From NCBI RefSeq assembly GCF_003918875.1, contig NW_025765714.1, forward strand, positions 1,054,001 to 1,118,000: a stretch of 64,000 nt of DNA. Reading direction: 5' to 3'. The DNA comes from Haliotis rubra (lineage: Eukaryota). Of the stretch, positions 13,432-29,200 are shown one piece after another; positions within the stretch are counted from its first letter, which is position 1, and the number at the start of each line of letters is the position of its first letter. Below the pieces are notes generated by a model that was given only the letters and a program-made list of their open reading frames with translations, searched no databases and was not told the origin of the DNA. A program made the position numbers and the translations under genes.

Positions 13432-15285
13432 TCATGCATGGTGAGATTATACCATCAGATCTGTAACCTGTATTCTGCAGTGGTCATGGATGGTGAGATT
13501 ATACCATCAGATCTGTAACCTGTATTCTGCAGTGGTCATGGATGGCGAGATTATACCATGAGATCAGTACCATGTATTCTGCAGTGGTCATGGATGGTGA
13601 GATTATACCAGGAGATCAGTACCATGTATTCTGCAGTGGTCATGGATGGTGAGATTATACCATGAGATCAGTACCATGTATTCTGCAGTGGTCATGGATG
13701 GTGAGATTACACTATGAAATCAGTACCATGTATTCTGCAGTGGTCATGGATGGTGAGATTATACCATGAGATCAGTACCATGTCTTCTGCAGTGGTCATG
13801 GATGGTATGTATTCTGCAGTGGTCATGGATGGTGAGATTATACCATGAGATCAGTACCATGTATTCTGCAGTGGTCATGGATGGTGAGATTATACCATGA
13901 GATCAGTACCATGTATTCTGCAGTGGTCATGGATGGTGAGATTATACCATGAAATCAGTACCATGTATTCTGCAGTGGTCATGGATGGTGAGATTATACC
14001 ATGAGATCAGTACCATGTATTCTGCAGTGGTCATGGATGGTGAGATTATACCATCAGATCTGTAACCTGTATTCTGCAGTGGTCATGGATGGTGAGATTA
14101 TACCATGAGATCAGTAACCATGTATTCTGCAGTGGTCATGGATGGTGAGATTATACCATGAGATCAGTACCATGTATTCTGCAGTGGTCATGGATGGTGA
14201 GATTATACCATGAGATCAGTACCATGTATTCTGCAGTGGTCATGGATGGTGAGATTATACCATGAGATCAGTACCATGTATTCTGCAGTGGTCATGGATG
14301 GTGAGATTACACTATGAAATCAGTACCATGTATTCTGCAGTGGTCATGGATGGTGAGATTATACCATGAGATCAGTACCATGTCTTCTGCAGTGGTCATG
14401 GATGGTGAGATTATACCTTCAGATCTGTAACCATGTATTCTGCAGTGGTCATGGATGGCGAGATTATACCATGAGATCAGTACCATGTCTTCTTCAGTGG
14501 TCATGGATGGTGAGATTATACCATGAGATCAGTACCATGTATTCTGCAGTGGTCATGGATGGTGAGATTATACCATGAGATCAGTACCATGTATTCTGCC
14601 TTCAGATCTGTAACCATGTATTCTGCAGTGGTCATGGATGGCGAGATTATACCATGAGATCAGTACCATGTCTTCTTCAGTGGTCATGGATGGTGAGATT
14701 ATACCATGAGATCAGTACCATGTATTCTGCAGTGGTCATGGATGGTGAGATTATACCATGAGATCAGTACCATGTATTCTGCAGTGGTCATGGATGGCGA
14801 GATTATACCATGAGATCAGTACCATGTATTCTGCAGTGGTCATGGTTGGTGAGATTATACCATGAGATCAGTACCATGTATTCTGCAGTGGTCATGGATG
14901 GTGAGATTATACCTTCAGATCTGTAACCATGTATTCTGGAGTGGTCATGGATGGCGAGATTATACCTTCTGATCTGTAACCATGTATTCTGCAGTGGTCA
15001 TGGATGGTGAGATTATACCATGAGATCAGTACCATGTCTTCTTCAGTGGTCATGGATGGTGAGATTATACCATGAAATCAGTACCATGTATTCTGCAGTG
15101 GTCATGGATGGTGAGATTATACCATGAGATCAGTACCATGTATTCTGCAGTGGTCATGGTTGGTGAGATTATACCATGAGATCAGTACCATGTATTCTGC
15201 AGTGGTCATGGATGGTGAGATTATACCTTCAGATCTGTAACCATGTATTCTGCAGTGGTCATGGATGGTGAGATTATACCAACAC
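13432..15285. repeat. 52-bp minisatellite (~35 copies)
   Basis: Unit gtattctgcagtggtcatggatggtgagattataccatgagatcagtaccat. Confidence 0.97.
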
Positions 15286-15751
15286 ATCTGTGACCATGCA
15301 CTTTCTCCACCAAGGCACCCCAAAATCATAGGAATTTTTTTATAGTCTCTCTTTCCCCAATAAGACACTCCATCCCCACAAACTTCTAAAGAAACAAAGG
15401 GGAATCTAACACGCCGGTTTATTTCCCCACAGAGTAGGGGCCTTTCTTGATACTTTTCCTATACCACTGCTACAGGCAGGTAACCTCACCCATATACTTA
15501 AGAAAAATAAAACATACTTTCTTTTTCAGATTTTATTAGACATAACAAACAATGATGATATTTATCGTGACAGATGTTCATGGATTACTGAGATCACACG
15601 CTGCTCCACAATGTTCACATGTTAGGTATATATACACTGAGCAGTAAATGCACTAATGACATGTCAAAAAAACAAAATATATAAATTGTTCAATATCAGA
15701 CTTTGTAACCATGACAGGCAGACTTTATCTATTGGTTTACAGATAATCTAT

Positions 15752-16340
15752 ATATTCAAGCGAGGCCGGTAATTTCGCGCGTCCGGTAATTTTGCGCAGC
15801 TGCAATAGCGTACTTCCGTATCGAAGGTAAAATCGTCTGCTACCACATTTACCCTTGAAATCAGGACATTTCTACAAGGGACTGGCTTTTAATCACTAAA
15901 GGTAAGTAAATAACAGTAATTGACAGATAAATTGACAGTTTTGTGAAAATTAGTTTTCTTCAGACTATTAAACCTTTATCTTCATTATTCATAATTGGAT
16001 TTAATATGAAACACTCTTCCTTACATTGATGAAGTGATTTTTAAAAATATCTGGCCCTAATACGCTTCCATACTTCGGATCTCCAGCTGGATGTTATGCG
16101 CATCAGTTGCTGCGCAGAATTACCAGACAGCAAGCGATGTCCTCAGAAGGCCGGTAAGGTCAACCGTATGGCATAATGCAACGCTAGAATCTTATAGTCG
16201 TCAATAAAACTTATATTTCTAGGTAAATATGATGCATACCAGCATGTTTAGTCACATAAACCACAAAAAATAAGAGACGTTAATTGCCGTGTTGCGTTCG
16301 ATGTGCTTAGGTGTGCGGGATTACCGGACGGCATTGTATA
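15752..16340. mobile_element. Probable TA-flanked MITE with imperfect TIRs
   Basis: ccggtaatttcgcgc motifs at the left end, inverted gcgggattaccgg at the right end, TA-rich flanks. Confidence 0.5.
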
Positions 16341-17339
16341 TACATGTATATGCTTACATGAAGTTTGAAAAGTAAGACTTTGAAGATATTTTGTTTAACT
16401 TTTCATTAAGCCCTGTTTACAAAGAGAACATAAAACAGACAGTATTTAATGGTCTCGGTTTCACATGAATTAGTAAACCATTATTTAAATGTCTCAAAGA
16501 CCAATTGTACCTTGTGTACAGAGGTAAAACAGGTCATACAGTCAAAGCCAGTTGGAGATGTTACAATTCCTTGTCTCACTAGTTTTGCCTCATCAGGCCC
16601 ACCAGCCTCACCAATAATCTTAACTTAATGTTCAAGGGAATTCAGAGTACAAAGTTATATAAGGTCCAGCCTGTCAACAGTAACCTGTGCATACATGACT
16701 TCTGAGGTATCCACATATGTACATCTGCAAGCACTTCTCCTAAAGTAGCATCTTCAGGGTAGTGAATGCAGGTGTTGTTAAGTGCAGGTGTTGGTAATGT
16801 GCAATAAATATAGTTCATTGTCTAGCTGCCCTCCTTTATGTTGATGATGAAGATGACTAGTACATGCACGAGATGATTGACTACAATCAATGAATTGCAT
16901 AAGATTGTTAATGGCTTTAAACCGGAAATGTTCAACATGGAACGCAGCAGGTAACATTCTGTCCCAGACTGTAGCTAACTGTTATATCACTGATGAATAC
17001 ATGGTATCCCTATGAGGTCAGTCAGTGGATTGTCTGGACCAAACTAATTTATAATTTACAATTAGAATTGGAGTATTGCTGAGTGATGCATTAATATATG
17101 AATCTCCAGAATGATGTTCTCTTCATACAGCTATTTTGTCAATCTCAGGTGGGAGTCATTCTTCAAGAGAAGTTGTTTTGAACATTGATTTGAGTTTCAC
17201 AAATTTACATACATAAATATCTATCTATTACCTTATAAACAAAAACTACAGCTGCTAACAGAACAAGTGAGGAACACTGAGCACTGCAAACAAGAATAGT
17301 TATCTGCTATAAAAAGGCATGCATTAAACCAACATTCAT

Positions 17340-17716
17340 TAAAGTACATAAGCATTTTAGAAGAACATCTGATATGAACATCAACTTTCAATAAAGTACA
17401 TGAACATTTTAGAAGAACACCTGATATGAACATCAACTTTCAATAAAGTACATGAACATTTTCAATAAAGTACATGAACATTTTAGAAGAACACCTGATA
17501 TGAACATCAACTTTCAATAAAGTACATGAACATTTTAGAAGAACATCTGATATGAACATCAACTTTCAATAAAGTACATGAACATTTTAGATGAACATCT
17601 GATATGAACATCAACTTTCAATAAAGTACATGAACATTTTAGATGAACACCTGATATGAACATCAACTTTCAATAAAGTACATGAACATTTTAGATGAAC
17701 ACCTGATATGAACATC
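17340..17716. repeat. 52-bp minisatellite (~7 copies)
   Basis: Unit catcaactttcaataaagtacatgaacattttagaagaacacctgatatgaa. Confidence 0.95.
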
Positions 17717-18014
17717 CAGCAGGAAGGGGAGAGCTTCACACAAGTATGTCAGAGTTATAGTAAAGATTGACTTTTGAGACCCTTGGTGAAATGTTTGGGA
17801 GATGGGGGTCAGCCAGGGAGTCTACAGGATTCCAAAGCAATACCATAGAAACCTTTAAAATGTCAAAATGTTATAATAATCAGAATCATGATTTGGGTAT
17901 ATAGTGGAACAATATCACTGTATGTACACCAATGGACATTCACACAAACATAGCTTACAGTATATACCCAACACTGATACATTTACACAGACAATGATAC
18001 ATTTACACAAGATA

Positions 18015-18180
18015 CTGACTGACTGAGTTTGGGTTTACGCCGCTTTTAGCAATATTCCAGCAATATCACGGAGGGGGAACCAGAAATGGGCTTCACACAT
18101 TGTACCCATGTGGGGAATCAAACCAAGGTCTTCAGTGTGACGAACCAACGCTTTAACCATTAGGCTACCCCACCACCCCT
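18015..18180 (-). mobile_element. SINE family A copy
   Basis: Reverse complement of the ggggtagcc..tggttaaagcg..gattccccacatgggtacaatgtgtgaagccc consensus. Confidence 0.9.
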
Positions 18181-19212
18181 ACACAAGATACATTTACACT
18201 GACAAAATGAGACATTTACACTGACACAATGAGACATTTACACTGATACAATGAGACATTTACAAATATACACTCATACAGTTAAATGCACATGCACACT
18301 TACATCCTATATGCACAGTGTATACCTTTCCTGCACTGTGCAGAGCTAACGCATCAACTGGTCAGGCCGAGTGACATGGTGGCAGTGACTGACCATCGCA
18401 GGATGATGATATTAGCTTTTATAGTTGGGGAGGATATAAATGCTAGTGATTGGTGGATATTCTTGTTTTAGTCCTCATAATCTTTTACTAACTGACCCTG
18501 TTTATCTCACACCTGATGGGTAAACTGTCATGTTGTTAACCTTCTGACTTACCCAAGCCGTGACCTTGACCCACACACTCCGGCACAGCGATGACTAACA
18601 TAACATCACTGCCACAGTCACTAATTTGCATATCACGTGACCGGACTTTTCTCTTGTTTGTAAACAAATGCGCATATTCATAATAAGAAGAGACTGGACT
18701 CACGAAAGCTTTTCGGCGCTCTCTTCATATTGTTTTACATATATATTCTTCCACAACTGCGACAGTAAGGTCTATGACAGTACATATTTAGATATCAAAC
18801 TGGCTGCATCGTTTGCTCTCCATCAGCTTCGATGACAGCACGTGGAGCCATACAACCTACGTAAACAAAGAATTGCTATGCAAATCGAAATAGTGTTACA
18901 TGTTTTGGGATATTTTCTCAGTGAAACTAAACCATTCTATTAAAGATGTTTAGTTAGATGTGTAGACTCGTCAAAAGTAAAAGAGTAAAAGAAATCTGTA
19001 CATTGAATGGACATTGCAAGATGTGACGAATCGTCACAATTTTCTGGCCTGTGGCAGAGGTACTATGCTGGTTTGCCGCATGGAACTCTGGGTAGGAGAG
19101 TGCTTGACCCATATTCCAACCCCCAATACCCTCAACCCTAATCTGTTATAAAGCTGTACACCCAACTCTCATACAAAATGTGGGGAAACCCAGACAACAC
19201 AGTAGCTATCTA

Positions 19213-19619
19213 TCAATACAGATTTTCAGGGCTCAAAACAGAAAACAACCGAAAACAGTATTTCTGTGAGCTACTTCTAAGCAAATGCTCACGTATATGT
19301 TTCTTATCTGCAACAACTCGGAATGTATCTTTCTCTGAAATTTTCAGCTCAATATGTCTTTTCTGACCCCTGACCGTGACAGTAGGTTGTTTGTCCAGAA
19401 ATATAATGACCCGTTTGTCTTTCAACTTCTTCTTGTTGCAACGGATCTTCTTCAGTGGCAGGCTGATTTTGACTTTCAGCATGTCCTTGCCTTGATTTAC
19501 AAATGAATCATGATACATCTCGCTGAGGTATCGGCGCTTCAGGTTCCTGCATTTCATTGTAATCTGTAGTTCCCGTTGCCGCTTTAAGGAGCGTTTCTTC
19601 TTGATGGTGCACTGGATTG
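19213..19619 (-). CDS. Galaxin-like exon 10 (basic C-terminal domain)
   Basis: ctctctttcag|, (A)IQCTIKKKRSLKRQRE...SPENLY*; phase matches exon 9. Confidence 0.82.
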
Positions 19620-22600
19620 CTGAAAGAGAGATGGTAATCATTACTACGTTTATTTATTGTTCTTCAGAGATGTTGCAATGGGCAGTGTTTGCTGGTCACT
19701 GGTTTCCCATGTGGGGAAAATAGATGTCTCTTCCTTCATTCCCTGCATCTGTATTAAGTATCTACAGCATTTGTTAACTGCGGTAAATTAGCCTATAGTC
19801 ACTACGTATGAAATTTTTCCAATGGAATTAATGAATCATTACATTTAATCTTCGCCTGTATGAAACACTCAAGACGGCCATATCTCTCGGGTACTTAACG
19901 ATAAGAAATATACAGGTATGTATCTCTGCAACAGGCAGTTCTACTAGGAGAATCACTTACCATATCTTTGGAAGCACTCTTTCACTTCAATGCCGTTCAG
20001 ATCTTGCCATGTCCTTGGTTGGCATAAATTTTCCACTGGATGTATATTCTTTTTCCTGTGAACAATTCCATTTGACTTGCACTGTCCTTTTTGGCGAGTA
20101 TACACCATTGTATCTTGACAGCATCTCTGTCTTCTGCGGCCTCGACGGGGAACAACTGTATATCCCCCACAGCATGACTGATTCTTGGGATTGTAGAGCT
20201 CCTTACCACAGCAAGAGCCGACCTGTGTGGTGTTGTAGAGCCTCCCATTACAACATGTCTGCTCCATGCTGAAGTAGGGGGAGTTTCCACAACAGTCATC
20301 TCCATGGTCTTCCATCGAGAACTGCTTATTGCCACAACACACAGAGACACCAGCATTGTAATAGGAGTCTCCACACTTCTTATGACATGGGTTGTGTGAT
20401 GATTGTGTAGGGTAAGAGCTAGTCCCACAGCATCTGCAGAACACAAAGCATCCTGTACCAGAGCCAGACAATGTAGTTAAGCAGGTCATATGAAAAGCTG
20501 AGTATCAATGCACTATATGACCTTGACTTTCACAAGGGAGAATGGGTCAAAGTTAATTCCATCTCACTCAGTCAGGAGAAGCTGTGTTCAAACGTTATCA
20601 CTCCTAAATTACTTGTTCAACACAGACTGCCAGATTCTCAAATTCACCATCAGAAGGTCGCAGGTTCGATCCCCAACCGTGTCATACCAAAAGACATTAA
20701 AATATGGTACTTGTTGGTCCCTGCCTGTCGCTCGGCATTAATGGGTACAACAAGGACTGGTCGGCTTGGAGTCAGTATAATGTGGGGTATTCATGCTTCA
20801 CTGCGGCATGGTATGTCAGTGGGCTAGCACTATAAAACCAGCTTAATCTGGGCTAGTACAAGCAGCCGCACATACACATACACACGCATGTACCTCGTCA
20901 TATGAGCGAAATATTCTAAAGCACAACGTTAAACCCAATTTCACCTCACCTCACCTCAAATTCACCAGCCCTGTGTTCTGGCTGACAATTTTGGGAGTTT
21001 CATACCCTGGTTGAAGACAATACTGAAAACCCTTACTTCCACAGTAACTAGCAGACCGAAGATGTCTCAAGTGAGTGTGTTCCTGGTTCCAAACACACAC
21101 CATCAACGTCCAGCCTCAGCATCTGTCCACCCATCCACTTCCACATAACCATATCCCTTCATTACTGTCAAGTTTAATCTACTCACTCTGCTTCATTGAT
21201 GGAGGTGTTGTGGACGTGACCCTGGCAGCACATCTGGCTTGTCTCACTATAGACCGTCTGCTTCTGCTCCCAGCGGCAACAACCGAGAGTGTCTCCAGGA
21301 GGGAAGTGATGGACTTGACCGTCACAGCATACAGCCTTGTTGTCATTGTATTGGTCATGGCCACAGTACCGGTCCTTACCCTTCTGTATTGTCAGGACTT
21401 CACCTTCCACACACACCTACACAGACAATCATGCTACAGTGTCCTGGTACTTCAAACTGAAGTCCATCTCACAATAACTAGGATCATATGTATCACAATA
21501 ACTATACTAGTATTCCTTTGGATCATATAATTATACAACCATAGTCAGATTTAAAAACTGTCATAGGTCAGACAATGTTTCAATCTTATCTACAAAAAAC
21601 AACAATTCCACCAAACATGAAGATACCAACCTTCTGCGTTCTGTTGTATGTGGTGAACCGGTTTGAGTAATAGATGAAACAGCATGCATCATGACCTTCC
21701 TTGAGCTCCACCTGTGTATTTCCACAGCATATGCTGTTTGGTGCCAGCTTGGCTCCTCCACAACAGGTGCTCCCTTTCTTCAGTACCCTTGATGGGGAAC
21801 CTACAATAAAGAGGTTATCAAATATCTCCAGTTTGCATTACAACTACCAACAACTGCCATCTGAATAGATATTGTCATTTGTTTTTTTCAATAAACAAAT
21901 GATTATTTGGAACTCTGGATACGGCTCTCTAATTACTTGTCATCACAGTTGAAAAAGCTTGTGTGCAGGTACTGAAAAGTTGAGAACACCTAGTACAATC
22001 GTAACAACAAATGCCACCATACAGCTAGAATATTGCTGAGTAGATGTGAATTTTCACTCCCAGTAAGTTCACACTCTCTTATTGTGACAGAGATACCAGT
22101 TCTATTACACCTGAGGCACTGACTGTGAATAGAGGGTGACAGCTTGGCAATTAAGTCATCTAGATTCTCTAAGAAACCACATGATAATGATGGTAGTGTA
22201 TAAGGTGATATACCTTCACAGCAGAAGTGTGTGTCCTTCTCGTAGGGGAGTCTATCACAACATCCCTGCCTGCTTCCATCTATCTTTCGCCCCCAACAGC
22301 ATTTGTCGTGGCTGCTAGACCTTGGCCTGGTGTTGCCAGCACAACATAGCTCCGTTGTGGTGTTGTAATACCCTGGAAACAATCAGCCTTGTGTTAAACA
22401 TTTCACACATTCCTGGCTTATGTCTGTAGAAAGAAGAAAGTCTATTGTTTCAAAAGTAAAATATCCCATGTAACCTACCTGTCTCGGTACCCACACAACA
22501 TTCCAAGTGGTCATCGAGGGGGATAACAACCTCAGCTCTGTGATCCTGGGAACAGCAGACTTCACGCTTCTTATTGTACCCAACTGTGCCACAACAACCC

Positions 22601-23202
22601 ACCTTAGGGTTTCTTTGGGCCTGGTCTTCAGGGTTCAGGTAGGGTTCATCATAGATTTGGTCTGAAATCATAACTCGGGTAACTAAGCCCTTTTTGTTCA
22701 GGCAACCTGTTCATAAACAGAAAATCCCTCTTCCCAAGTCATTCATGTGCAAATCTTGTCCTAAGAAGATTTTAGATTGAGATGATAGGTGTAATGTTAT
22801 CCTGCTATGTTTGCAAAATACCAAACTAATCCTAAACATAATGAAATATCTCTTTTCCTGTGGAGAGTATTATTCGCAGCTGGCCACAATCAAAACTGCC
22901 ACCGGTCATGGGTTCAAAGTGGATCACAGATGTAGAACAATTAGGGACCGTTCATAATTTATGGCTAGGGGGAGTGACGATGATTTTTAGGAGAAGCATG
23001 TACAATGTGAATGACCCCCCCCCCAAAAAAAAAAAAATTTATGTACAAAATAAGTGACCCCCTGCATGTCAAATCAATGACGACCCACCCACCCCTTCCC
23101 TTCCCATAATTTCTAAGCATAATTTTAAACATATTTTTATGTACAAAATTGCTGAACCCCCTAGTACATGTGTACAAAATTGGGTGACCCCCCTTAAAAT
23201 CA

Positions 23203-23242
<40 letters not shown>

Positions 23243-26200
23243 CAGCCATAAATTATGAACGGTCCCTTAAACAACAATCTATGCTACACAGACACAAACT
23301 GCTTGCCTGAAAACTATCTACAAGGCCATAGGTGGCTCTGGCCTTCTCTTGGACACATACAGTCAATGTAATTCTCACATTACATAATCATACAATTACT
23401 CAGAATGTCAAATATATTTATGGGTTAAGCAATCTTCACCATGGAAGTAGTCTCAGAGTGAGTTGGCTGCGTTAGAGACTGTTTTAAACTTTTAGTTCCC
23501 TCACTGCCTGTCACCTTATTGATGCTGACAGAGGAGGTAATTAACCTTCCACTGTAATGTGTGTAATGGCTGAAGATGATATTACGGCCGTGGAAGTATT
23601 CTCAGTGTAGCTGTCACAAGGTAACCTTTCACTGTAAGGCCACATAAAATAATTTCTTGTTTCTCATTACCGCCCTACCCTAATTTTAATTTTGATTTTT
23701 TTGCACTGGTAAATTTGCATGTATAAAGGTGGCAGACTTCCAAAATCCATCTCAGCTTCCGGCATTCCAAGTTTTCGACTAACTATTGTATAGAAAATCA
23801 GAAAAAAAACAATATTAAAAAATAAAAATAAAATCCGCCCAACCTACCCAATTGTTTTTTTAAATAGTGGTGAGAAACAAGAAATGTATTAAATGTGGCA
23901 TAATGTCTGAATATGCTAAATATTACGCCTGTGGAAGTATTCTCAATGTAGCTGTTACAGTTAGCAGTTACACTGTTCCACTCACCGTCACAACATGTCT
24001 TTTCTCGGAGTGAGATGATCTTGCCATCACAGAACTCGTCCTGTTTGTTGACTGTAACAGGATGGCGTGTGTTGCCGGAGACGTTCCAGCGGCAGTTCTG
24101 CAGGGACATGTCGACCACCAGGTGACCACAGCACCCGTAGTGTTCTCCACGAACGTGTTTACTGACCTGTGCGGGGTCGTCTTCATTTTGACAACACATC
24201 TGCTGTGTGAGGTTGATATACTCCGTGCCGCAACAACCCATATCTGGAACATGGACGAAGCTCAAATACATTTCCAAAAACGATAGTTAACACAAAGGGC
24301 AATAGGGATTTCATGGAATACTACTGACGCCATGCATCACATGGACATGGACAGTTTAAAATAATTTAGCGTGAGTCAGCAAGACGGAAAGTAATTTATC
24401 TTTATCTGCCTTCCAAAAGACCCGGTTAGGTCCCATACTGCCTACATCCCAAATTACCAACAAAATTTTTTGTAGGCAGCGTGGGAAATGATTTTTTTCT
24501 CCTGTAGAATAATGGAATAGCCCAATCACCCTAGATGGCACTGTCCTCAGACATGGCTTTTCGTTGGTCACATACTCACATAACCATGATAACTGGTTTA
24601 CGGATTAGAAGAATACCCTAGGAGCCAGGAGGTGTTACTGATTATCTTTCAGGATTGCATTGTAAGGCATGCTGAGTAACTTTCAACAGTTATTTAGGAG
24701 GGGCTGACAATTCTTGATCCCACGAGTCCGTGTGTTATTCTCGATATTACCCATTTTTAATTGTTCTTTCATAAGGCAGAAACATGTGGGTTCTTAACTC
24801 CCTTACTTTGATACAGGCTTATGGTAGTGTTAGTAAGATTACTTTAAGGAACGGGGCCCTGTTGACCTACTCTAAATTGTAACCTTACGTAAACTCGTCT
24901 GTGACGTTTTATACAACAGATGACGCCATCTCAATTATCTGCGCTCAAATCACATCCCGTTTCGCTAAGCATCCTCACAAACATCGAACCTAACCATTTT
25001 TGGAAGTGAAGAACATATCACGTCATATGTTCTCACAAACTTGAGTGAGTGATTGAGTTTAGTTTTACGCAGCTTTTAGTATAATTTCAGCAATATCAAG
25101 GCGGGTACATCAGAAATGGGCTTCACGCCTTAGTTGTAAGCATGTGGGGAATCGAACCCGGGTCTCCCGAGCGTGATGAGCGAACACTTTAACACTAGGC
25201 TACCCCACCGCCCCTTCAGCAATATCAAGGGGGGGACATCAGAAATGGGCTTCACACCTTAATTGTAACCATGTGGGGAATCGAACCTTGGTCTCCCGAG
25301 CGTGATGAGCGAACACTTTAACACTAGGCTACCCCACCGTCCCTATTGTATCTAAGGAAAAGAAAGAATATATTTCTTGCAATACAAGGCGTCGTTAGTT
25401 TGCGAACTTTAAACTTTTCCCAGTATGGCAGGATTCTAAAATATGAAATTTTGTAAAGGAACCGTATCCTGTAACTCACCTGGGTGTCTAAGATGGCTGT
25501 TACCGCCGCAGCAGACAGTTGTCTCCACTGGGATTGTAGATTTACTGCAGCACCCATACTCCACCCCTTTCTCGTCGAACCTGTCGTACATCGTGTCTTC
25601 ACAGCACAGACTCTGGGTGTCGTAGTAGACTGTATCTACAACACAAACCAGCAGCTCCATCAGCACCACGCTACAGCACCACCGTGACAACATTGTCTTA
25701 CCTGCTTGCCGCTTTGATTTGTAGTAATTAAGCAAGAAGGGAATGCAAACTTAAGTATTTATACCGTTTTCCTCAGTGATTGAATCCGGACGTACAAAAG
25801 GCATGGGGATTCCCAGTTTTGACAAACATGCTATCGAATGACGTTGCGAAAGGTAGGTCACACGTGTGTTAATTGTGCCCTTAAACCTACAATGGCCTTA
25901 AGTGCACAGCAGTGCGTACGAAACACGTATGACGTAGTCACATAAGCTCCGCCCACTCATGTTTATTTATGATTACTGTGCACTTAAGACCATTGTAGGT
26001 TTTAGGGCACAACACACGTGAGATAACTGGAGCTAATACATCCGCCTGGTGTCAGCAGGTCAAGGGTACACATGCCTTAATTACAACTAGAGCTAATACA
26101 TCCGCCTGGTGTCAGCAGGTCAAGGGTACACATGCCTTAATTACAACTGGAGCGGGTGTGGATCGGATGTTTTCAACAATATGATCATGATGTTATGAAC

Positions 26201-29200
26201 CGGGCACCACTCCCACATACGAAACTAGAGGGAAATACAGATAGGAAAAACACTCCAAACGTACTTTAGAGATAAGTTCATTGTGTAAACCTGACGCATG
26301 AGGACGATGTGATTGAGATGGTATGCCCACGCTATGTTTGACGTCAGATGCATATAATACATGCCATAAACTAAGAGATTCCTCAACTACCACAGGGTGA
26401 TTAAAGCGTATCGTACTTTACAAAAGGGTACCGTATTTCCTCTGAAAAGCGCCTTCCAGACCCGGCGCTTATTACGCTTACCGAGTGTAATTAATTGTTA
26501 CTGATCGTTATGTCAACGTTAACGTTGGCGACTGGGAGCTGTAAACAAGTATGTCAATGCATGATTTTCCTGAATATAAGCGTTAAGGTTTACTCAATCG
26601 AAAAACATTTTCTATCTACTTCTGGTTTCTTGAACACTAAACACTGACGCTTAACTTCAGGAAATTCATACACTGACACACTTGTTTACAACTCCCCGTC
26701 GCTGTGACTGGCGTAACGCCCACTGACAATTTTTCCTACGCATCTAGGGAGAATACATTATAGATGATGTTGCTCATTTTTTACTGCATTGTCAAAAATA
26801 TGTAACTCATCGTAAGGCGATGGTGGGATCTTTGACAGCGCTTAATATTGACCTCTCCTTGACTGGATTGTTGTGTACAAGTAATATCACTCGCAATGAT
26901 GTTCAGAATGTCATTCTTGCTTACATTAAAGCTTGTGGCAGCTTTACTACTTTGTAAACATGTATAAACGTAGCAAACCTTTATGATGGGCAAGGTGTAA
27001 ATGGGCCCAGTTGCCCGAACACCTATCAAACTTTCAATTATCCATCCATCCATCCATTATAAAAAAACCGTACCCGGCGCTTATCTCTTAAACCGGCGCT
27101 TACTAGAGGAAGTGCGGTAGTTTCAGTCCGCTATGGCTAGGATGTGACGGCCTAACAAAAGGTAATCGCGGAGGCCATTCAGCTGGGCTGTAGGTTTGGT
27201 TGGTTTGTTGTTTAACGCTAAACTGAGCAATATTGCAGTTATATGACAGCGACATATGTAATTAATCGACGCCGCAACGAATAATCCAGTGATTGACATC
27301 GTGAGCATCGATTCCCGTATGGGACTGGGTCACGTGTAATAAAGTCACCGACCTTGATCACTCTATTAAGTCGTGTCTAACGACATGCAAAGGTTTGCTG
27401 AGAATGCTACATTCGCGCACTGATTCCGCAACACCAGTCAGTAACAGTCCATGTAAATAACAGCTGCCCTTAGGTAAGTCATACTCGATTAGGGGCAGTG
27501 GGGTAGCCTGATGGTAAAGCGTATCGCTGAAGACACGGGTTCGATTCCCCACATGGGTACAATGTGTGAAGCCCATTATCGGGTGTCCCCCGTCGTGATA
27601 TTGCTGGAATATTGCTAAAAGCGGCGTAAAACCATACTCACTCACTTATACTCGATTATCGGGTGAATTAGATTTTCATTCTATAAAAATGGCACATTAG
27701 ATAGACATTATCATAAAAACACTGGATAATTGAGCCTGGGGTCATGTAAACCGGTTGCATGAGAAACGACTCACACCGCCTGAGACAATATATCCCCTCG
27801 CACCTGAATCGTTTCAGTGTTGTTCACATTTGATTCAGCCAGACAGCACCTCCTACACTTCAACCCCCAGATGAGGAACCAGGAAGGAATGTTATTTTTT
27901 GAGTACCTACTTGTTGCACGCCTGCTAGTACTCACTAGTTACTCGATTATTCGACGGCTTGTACTCACTCGTTACTCGATTATTCGACGGCTTGTACTCA
28001 CTCGTTACTCGATTATTCGACGGCTTGTACTCACTAGTTACTCGATTATTTGATAGCTTGTACTCACTAGTTACTCGATTATTTGATAGCTTGTACTCAC
28101 TAGTTACTCGATTAATAAACTGCAAGTATACAATAGTTACTCGATCATTCGACGGCTAATACTCACTGGTTACTCCATTATTCGACTTCTATTCGATTGT
28201 TAGTGTTATTACCTCCACAGCATCTCTTTCCCGGTGTCATAATCTCCAGCCGTCCTCCACAACATAAGCGTTTGTTGCGGCTGTACAGTTTCCACTTTCC
28301 ATCGACGTAACAATCACTTAATGTTTCCCCGACTGAAGCCAGCTTGTCTGAAAATGATGTGAATTATTTTATGAACTTTGTCATCTGTTTTTAGTGTTAT
28401 TGCTCATATCAAAATCATGGTTATTACAATGTTTATGTAGTGGTGAAATATTGTTATGCATAATATTGCAAGTTTTGATTATAAATGACGATGGGGACGC
28501 TGAAACACATATGGTTGTGGGTTTAAGAGTAGGTAGGTGTGTGGGTAGGTAGGTAGTTTGGTAGATAGATAGGTGGGTGGGAAAGGTAGGAAGGAAGGTC
28601 GACCTTGGGCCTGAAGAGGCTTTTATGCGCCAAACATTTAACACACTGTTATAATTATGTATATTTAAATAATGTCATATTTCCCCGTTTAAATAAGAAA
28701 GTCTTGCACAGATCTCTGTGTGCAACCATACATTAAATATTGTAAATACGTGTTTGGTTTGTTGAGAACACCTTTTGTTTAGATTGTGACGTGGCATTTT
28801 ATGAGCTGGACGTTCAATAAGATAGTGCTGAACCGTTTCTGGGCAATGTAAGTTACAGTATTTAAATGGAGGAGAGATGTCTTTACATAATCTACTTCTG
28901 CTAAACTGCCATCCATGCCAAACTCACGCTTACCCAAGAAATGTTATAACATGTTAATGTTAGATATGAGCCATGGTAAATGTAATTGGGCTTCAACACC
29001 GAGAACTGTGCTATTTAACATGGGATTTGGCTATGTTTGGGATCACCCGGGCATGCACTGATAATATTCAGTCGTTTTAATCAGAAGTTATGGATAGAGC
29101 TAAATGTATTCATGCATCTTTGTCACAAGGTCCTAAAACATATAATTATTCTATGTACAAGTCAAACTTATCTCCAGAGTATTATATTAAGCATGTAACT

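Noticed and set aside
7358-15285. Regular arrays as possible CRISPR
   Set aside because: Head-to-tail units with no unique spacers, no cas genes, and a eukaryotic context
16921-16956. ccggaaatgttcaacATGGAACGCAGCAG|gtaaca as a distant MED6 exon 1
   Set aside because: It ends in phase 2, which is incompatible with the acceptor at 34229/34230
23798-23985. ORF extension beyond galaxin-like exon 4 (EWNSVTANC...)
   Set aside because: A perfect GTGAGT donor at 23985 gives the phase needed by the next exon; the extension runs into an intronic duplication and a MITE
27491-27560. tRNA-like sequences (also at 34970, 39256 and 10850)
   Set aside because: SINE heads: they continue into a shared body and tail and lack a complete cloverleaf
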